This document shows positions 58,746 to 64,000 of a DNA stretch of 64,000 bases, piece by piece. Location: positions 1-64,000 of IMG/VR virus record IMGVR_UViG_3300028800_000069; one strand, 5' to 3'. Numbering within the stretch: position 1 is the stretch's first letter; each line of letters begins with the position of its first letter. Source of the DNA: a virus. The notes beneath the pieces are model-generated. The model saw only the letters and a program-made list of their open reading frames with translations. It did no database searches and had not been told where the DNA came from. The translations under genes were made by a program, and so were the position numbers.

Positions 58746-59225
58746 GTGATCTACATTGGAATCGATCCGGGCTTGAGCGGAGCGGTGGGGGTGTTGATAC
58801 CTAATGAGGGTGTAATGGTGTATGACACTCCTACTGCCGTCGTTGAAGGTGAGAAAACAAAACGCAGGTATCTCTTTGGGTCTATGGCAGCATTGTTGAG
58901 GCCATATATTGGTAAAGATGTACTGGCAGTGCTGGAGAACGTTCATTCGATGCCGAAACAGGGAGTGGCATCATCATTCTGCTTCGGTGAAGGAAAAGGC
59001 GTGTGGGAAGGTATTCTAGCTGCGTTCGAAATACCTACAGAGCTAGTATCCCCACAGCGCTGGAAGAAAGAGATAATGGCAGACCAAGGAAAAGAAAAGA
59101 GCGCAGCCAGATTCAAGGCGATGGCTCTGTTCCCGTCCTTGGCAGATCAATTGAAACTGGTGAAGCATGACGGCAGAGCGGAAGCTTTGCTAATGGCAGT
59201 GTACGGACAACGATTGAGAAAGTGA
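58746..59225 (+). CDS. ruvC: RuvC-like Holliday junction resolvase
   Basis: IGIDPGLSGA, LENV, PQRWKK, DGRAEALL. Confidence 0.88.
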   Translation: MIYIGIDPGLSGAVGVLIPNEGVMVYDTPTAVVEGEKTKRRYLFGSMAALLRPYIGKDVLAVLENVHSMPKQGVASSFCFGEGKGVWEGILAAFEIPTELVSPQRWKKEIMADQGKEKSAARFKAMALFPSLADQLKLVKHDGRAEALLMAVYGQRLRK

Positions 59226-59229
59226 GAAA

Positions 59230-60133
59230 ATGACGATCAGTGAAGTAGCGAAAAAGCACAGTTACATAGAAGAGTTTAACTGCGTAGTAGCTTTGTACTC
59301 TGTGTTGAAGGCCAATAACATGTCGCTGCGCGTGAAGCAAGTGATGTATAGAGCAGACGAGGTGGCTGCGGAGCCTATTGACTTCATTAGCGATGTAGAA
59401 GTAAAAGTTAAGCGAGCCGTAGGTCAGAGGTTCTACGATATATTCCTTCGCGCCGTCTACAATGAAAACACGGAGATACTTTCAGAGACATTACGCGAAG
59501 CACTCGGCAGAACGTTCGCTGAATATGGCTTGGGTCCGTCCGGTGCGTATGCAAGGCTTTACTACAAGATTAAAAACGATCAAGTCCGTAGCTACATGAA
59601 AGGTGTGACCAATGGAGTCTTCAGAGCAGACGACACAGAACCTGACCAATTCGATTGAAGAAGTAGTTGCACCTGTGCCACCTGAGGCACCTCCACAGCA
59701 CTTTACACGCAAGCAGATTGGGCAGCTACGCAGGCAGTGGATAACCACCACCCACGGCACCGTACGCGCATGCGGTCACCTAGCGAAGTTCTCCAAGGAC
59801 CACGATCCAAAGAATAACTGCATTCATTGCTGGACAGCCTACTTCATGTCGAAGGATAAAGACGGAAATCCTTACGTCGATCTAGACCTGATTCACGCTG
59901 TGCTAACCACTAAGGGTGGCAAGGCACTTGTTGCAATGAGAGGCACGAAGTTCACAAAGATGTTCCACGGGTTCCTTTCTTCACAATTACTCCCTGCACT
60001 CGCAGCGGAAATCAACAGCAAGCCTCAGGACGAGGCCCCAGCAACTATCGTAGGAGGCACCTTTGGAACAGACCAAGAACTCGTACAGACCGGAGTATCA
60101 GGTCTACCAGACAGCGAAGGATCGCTGCACTAA
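59230..60133 (+). CDS. Two hypothetical genes (59230-59658, 59612-60133)
   Basis: Co-oriented overlapping ORFs; the second has CGH...CIHC. Confidence 0.5.
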
Positions 60134-60521
60134 TCCACATAGTCAACGTTGGGCTTCTCATGGTGGGCGTGGCATAAAGTTCTTGTTCAACTCCTTCACA
60201 GAGTTCATTGCAGAACTTGGACCGCGCCCTACATCGGAGCACTCACTGGACAGGGAAGATAACGACGGTAACTACGAACCGGGAAACGTGCGATGGGCGA
60301 CTAGAAGCCAACAACAGAAGAACAAAAGAGCCTACGGCAAAGGTTATGGTTGGCACGAAGCCTCTGGTTTGTGGTACGCAAGAACATGTAGGAACGGAAA
60401 AGAAACATGGCTAGGTACTTTCAAAACAAAGAGAGAAGCCAAAGCTGCACGGGAAAGGGCTGTGGATGAGCAACGCAGAAAAGTTCAAGCAAATAGAAAG
60501 ACTAAGCAAACAACTAGATGA
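60063..60521 (+). CDS. HNH/AP2-type homing endonuclease
   Basis: RCTNP...GGRGI...SLDREDNDGNYEPGNVRWAT plus AP2-like WLGTFKTKREA. Confidence 0.85.
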   Translation: MEQTKNSYRPEYQVYQTAKDRCTNPHSQRWASHGGRGIKFLFNSFTEFIAELGPRPTSEHSLDREDNDGNYEPGNVRWATRSQQQKNKRAYGKGYGWHEASGLWYARTCRNGKETWLGTFKTKREAKAARERAVDEQRRKVQANRKTKQTTR

Positions 60522-61617
60522 GCAGCACTCAATCAAGAATTTAGGGCGAGAAGTGAAGAACTCTCTAGTGCGTTTGGGAGATAAGCCTGTACTTAGGGTA
60601 CCATGTATACAGACTGAACTGCCCACACTAGACTATGATGTCCTACAATATGGGGGAATCCCACGTGGGCGCATTGTGGAGATATTTGGACCCGAGTCCT
60701 CTGGTAAAACCACCACAGCACTGTACATAACAGGTCAAGAACAGCGCACTGGAGGCATAGCAGCCTACATTGACGCAGAGCATAAACTAGAACCTTCCTA
60801 TGCACAGGTGCTGGGAGTTAACATTGACGACTTAGTTTTCAACCAGCCTAACAGCGGTGAAGAAGCCTTGGACACTGTGGATAAATTGGTAGAGTCTGGT
60901 GCTATCACTTTGGCAGTTATTGATTCTGCCGCTGCTTTAGTTCCAGAGGCCGAGCTTGCTGGTGACATTGGTGACCAGCACATGGGACTGCAAGCAAGAA
61001 TGTTCTCCCAAGCCTTACGCATTCTAACAGGCAAAGCCGCTCGCAACGGGGTGACTTTGATTTGGTTGAATCAAATTCGTGAGAAGATTGGTGTGATGTA
61101 CGGCAATCCAGAAACTACTCCCGGTGGACGCGCCCTGAAGTTCTACTCCAGCGTGCGCTTGAGCATCAGCCGGAAAGAAGCGATCTGGGAAGGCACCAAG
61201 GAAAATATTATTGGGCACAGCATTGATCTGCGATGTGTTAAAAATGGAGGCGGAATTCCGTTCCGGCGCACACAGATTAATCTCATCTACCCCGGCAAAG
61301 GTCGTCAACCGGGATTCGACAAAGTAGACAACATGATTGAGTTCGCGGCTGGGCGCAACCTGTTCGACATGAAAGGAAGTTGGTACTGGCTTGACCTTGG
61401 CAATGTGCAGATGAAAGAAGAAAAAGGCAAGCAAGTACCAGTGCTAAAGGACGGCAAGCCCGTGCCTATGGGTCCAGAAAAAATCGCTAACGGAATGGAG
61501 AACCTGAAGTCATTTCTAAGCACCAGACCGGATGTGATTGAGCTACTACAAAAACGAGTAGCAGCACTGATCAAGAAAGAAGAGGAGCAACCAGTTGGGC
61601 AGGTGACCAATGTCTAG
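60466..61617 (+). CDS. recA: RecA recombinase
   Basis: GGIPRGRIVEIFGPESSGKTT, IDAEH, NQIREKIGVMYGNPETTPGGRALKFYSSVR. Confidence 0.97.
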   Translation: MSNAEKFKQIERLSKQLDEQHSIKNLGREVKNSLVRLGDKPVLRVPCIQTELPTLDYDVLQYGGIPRGRIVEIFGPESSGKTTTALYITGQEQRTGGIAAYIDAEHKLEPSYAQVLGVNIDDLVFNQPNSGEEALDTVDKLVESGAITLAVIDSAAALVPEAELAGDIGDQHMGLQARMFSQALRILTGKAARNGVTLIWLNQIREKIGVMYGNPETTPGGRALKFYSSVRLSISRKEAIWEGTKENIIGHSIDLRCVKNGGGIPFRRTQINLIYPGKGRQPGFDKVDNMIEFAAGRNLFDMKGSWYWLDLGNVQMKEEKGKQVPVLKDGKPVPMGPEKIANGMENLKSFLSTRPDVIELLQKRVAALIKKEEEQPVGQVTNV

Positions 61618-62188
61618 CCATCGCGGTTCACTTTACACGTACTCAGGTAAGATCGCCTTCCCCGGTGGAGCACCTTCTCTACTCGACACAGCTATATCGT
61701 TGTCGAGGGAAGGCCGCTTCGCTGGGGCCGGACGTAGGTTCTTCTCAGTAGCCTTACACTGCTTTGTCGTAGCTGATCTTCTGCCTTCACATCTGAAGTT
61801 CGACGGATTGTTTCACGACAACCCAGAGGTGATCACAGGGGACACGCCGAAGCCTGCTAAGACTGCAGAGATAGAAGCGTTCGAAGAGGACTTGTCTATT
61901 GCTGCGTACGCCTCGCACGGCATTACACCGCCTAACGAACTGCAACATGCTACAGTGAAGCTCGCAGACCGTATGGCAATGCGTGGTGAGGTATATACCG
62001 TAGGCAACGTGGCACTGCAAGAATTCTACGAGCCGTGCCCTGAAGCCGAGGAGTTGATTTTCAAGTACGTAAAGGAGTATACTTACGAAGACATGCTGGA
62101 GGCGAGCGGTCGAGTGCCGATGGAGTTTATGAGGAGGTTTCGACAGTACAAACAACAACTAGCACCAGAGAGATTTGTGAAATATTAA
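61610..62188 (+). CDS. HD-domain phosphohydrolase (YfbR-like 5'-deoxynucleotidase)
   Basis: RFAG...SVALH...LFHDNPE...GDTPKP...KLAD. Confidence 0.8.
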   Translation: MSSHRGSLYTYSGKIAFPGGAPSLLDTAISLSREGRFAGAGRRFFSVALHCFVVADLLPSHLKFDGLFHDNPEVITGDTPKPAKTAEIEAFEEDLSIAAYASHGITPPNELQHATVKLADRMAMRGEVYTVGNVALQEFYEPCPEAEELIFKYVKEYTYEDMLEASGRVPMEFMRRFRQYKQQLAPERFVKY

Positions 62189-62206
62189 AATCCTAAGGAG
62201 ACAATA

Positions 62207-62719
62207 ATGTGCGCTGCAAACAATTTACCAAGCAAGACACCCACAACTTCAACCAAGCCCTCGACAAGTACGACCAAGGAGCCGAAGTGGTTAACGATGA
62301 AGAAACAGAACAAGTCTTCAGCCGGAAAGACCGCAAAGCCTATCGCTCCGAAGTCCTCAGAAAGCAGCGCACAGAAGCCTCAGCAAGAAACACGAAACGC
62401 AAAGCGAGCACGCTGGGCTAAGAAGTCGAAGCCCGTGGCAAAGGCTCCGGTGAACCGTGGTCCTGTCCGTGAGTACATCTCTGTGTGCTGCAATGTAGGA
62501 GCTACGAAGCCTCGTGCAGGGGCAAAGGAAGCAGCTAAAGACCCAGAGACAGGTAAGGTCAAGGACAAGTCCAAGGGTCTAGGTCACTGGCGCTGCACTG
62601 GTTGCCGCAAGGCTTGCAAGGTGAAGTCTCAGGCACCAGCACCTAAGTCGGTAGTTATTGCCAGCGTACCTTTGTTCGTTCCTAATCAAAGCGTGGAGGT
62701 GACCGTTGCGACTACTTAA
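62207..62719 (+). CDS. Lys-rich protein with an SVCC...CxxCxxxC metal-binding motif
   Basis: YISVCC...WRCTGCRKACKV; true start may be MKKQN near 62297. Confidence 0.5.
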   Translation: MCAANNLPSKTPTTSTKPSTSTTKEPKWLTMKKQNKSSAGKTAKPIAPKSSESSAQKPQQETRNAKRARWAKKSKPVAKAPVNRGPVREYISVCCNVGATKPRAGAKEAAKDPETGKVKDKSKGLGHWRCTGCRKACKVKSQAPAPKSVVIASVPLFVPNQSVEVTVATT

Positions 62720-63116
62720 GCAATTCGTTGTGGACTACCTAATCGGGGTAGCCCTAGTGGCTCTTATTTGCCTGCTGTCTATTTTCTCGCACGGTGCCGT
62801 AGGCAAACAGCATGTGAACTCTATTGGCACTCCAATGTACATGGACAACCCGTTCACGTATAAGGCTGGAGCGATCATCGCTGTGGCATACGTAGCAAAC
62901 GGCAAAGGACTCGCCGTGCGAGTGCAGCCGATTGGAACCTATGGTCTGTTCACCGAGGACATTCTGTTTTGTGGTACGCCTACGGAGTCGTTCTTGAACA
63001 TGACTAATCCTATGGTGTTGACCTACCGCACCAGAGCGAACAAAATGATTGACTACGTAGGGTGTCACGATTTGATTAGCGTGTACTCTCTCAAACCCAA
63101 GGAGAAGTTACAGTGA
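62706..63116 (+). CDS. Membrane-anchored hypothetical protein
   Basis: N-terminal transmembrane helix. Confidence 0.55.
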   Translation: MRLLKQFVVDYLIGVALVALICLLSIFSHGAVGKQHVNSIGTPMYMDNPFTYKAGAIIAVAYVANGKGLAVRVQPIGTYGLFTEDILFCGTPTESFLNMTNPMVLTYRTRANKMIDYVGCHDLISVYSLKPKEKLQ

Positions 63117-63267
63117 CATTCTTCAACCACTTGTACAAAAACCACGAGAGAGAAGAGCTAATACGCACTGTTGACTCTATGATCTCGATCTTGCTGCAGT
63201 TGACTACCCTAGGTGTGCAGGTATTCGGACTGTGGTGGATCATGCATCACCCTCACTAAGGAGAACT

Positions 63268-63642
63268 ATGAATTGGAAGTACGAACAGAAGACAGGAAAG
63301 CTGTACGATCCGCAAGGCAACTTCGTAGCGAAGGGCTATGCAGGCGGCAACTGTGGGAAGAACCCTGAGGGCATTAACAACGCTGACATGCAAGGCGTGA
63401 AAAGTGTAGGTCCACTTCCGGTAGGTGTTTACACTCGCGGAGCAGTGGTGTTACAGTCGCACCTCGGACCCTTTGCCATTCCTCTGGTACCTGACAAGGA
63501 CAATGACATGCTTGGACGTGGTGGATTTTTTATGCACGGGGACACTACACCTTCTGGCAATGCCTCGGAGGGATGCATCATCATGCTACGTGCCATACGT
63601 GAGTTGTTCTACAAATCAACTGATCCACTGGAGGTGGTATGA
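63268..63642 (+). CDS. Tlde1/DUF2778-like L,D-transpeptidase-fold protein
   Basis: GPLPVGVY...GRGGFFMHGD...ASEGCI (His...Cys pair); start MNWKY after AAGGAG. Confidence 0.8.
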   Translation: MNWKYEQKTGKLYDPQGNFVAKGYAGGNCGKNPEGINNADMQGVKSVGPLPVGVYTRGAVVLQSHLGPFAIPLVPDKDNDMLGRGGFFMHGDTTPSGNASEGCIIMLRAIRELFYKSTDPLEVV

Positions 63643-64000
63643 TCGTAAAGCACATCGGAGCAGATGGAAGAGTACGACGGCAGTTCGAAAGTATTCACTC
63701 CATTTACCAACACGACCACAACCATATTGTGACCGTGAATCGAGTACAAGCAGCAATCGAACCTGTAGACACTTCTAATGCGTTGCCCACAGCTTACATG
63801 CGCAACTGGAGTTTTGAATATCCAGTAGCCATCATTCATTTAGCAGAGGGCGAATCAGTGGAGAGGGTAGAGGATGAACCTACACGGGCTTAACTGGGGA
63901 CAAATCATTGGGTGGTCTGGAGTCATTCAAAGCGCAGGCGCGGCAATCGGCTACGCTTGCGTTAAGGACTTTCGCCACGCTCTCTACTTCGCCTTCGCGG

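Noticed and set aside
1-64000. Antisense shadow ORFs, stop-codon recoding, DGR/retron, lysogeny module
   Set aside because: Core genes are intact in the standard code, opposite-strand ORFs mirror real genes, and no reverse transcriptase, integrase or repressor motifs were seen in this window.

Overview
This window is a 64-kb piece of a tailed dsDNA bacteriophage genome. No integrase, repressor, reverse transcriptase or CRISPR array is visible, and the host cannot be fixed from sequence alone. The left arm (1-17.7 kb, minus strand) is the head/packaging operon: terminase large subunit and probable small subunit, portal, probable scaffold, major capsid protein, a GroES-like co-chaperonin and several homing endonucleases. 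The right arm (plus strand) has a family A DNA polymerase/MazG/RNase H block, a ~2.2-kb non-coding region, many small early genes, then DNA ligase, RtcB, a deaminase, ParB-like and PD-(D/E)XK proteins, an SF2 helicase, a primase-helicase, a second RNA ligase, RuvC, RecA, an HD hydrolase and a Tlde1-like protein. The most unusual content is RNA. (1) A circularly permuted two-piece tmRNA with a 140-nt structured intervening segment and a tag ending AAAGR instead of AA. (2) Two candidate large, pseudoknotted ncRNAs of ~470 and ~600 nt. (3) A YrlA/Y-RNA-like permuted tRNA mimic and a degenerate tRNA. (4) A 204-nt group I intron that splits the capsid gene, next to a free-standing Endo VII nuclease. 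(5) A covarying pseudoknot in front of two homing endonuclease genes. There is also a cassette-like array of tiny ORFs bounded by a 29-bp palindromic site with a 7-bp core (46.7-47.8 kb). All protein calls come from motif recognition and all RNA folds were made by eye; no database searches were run.
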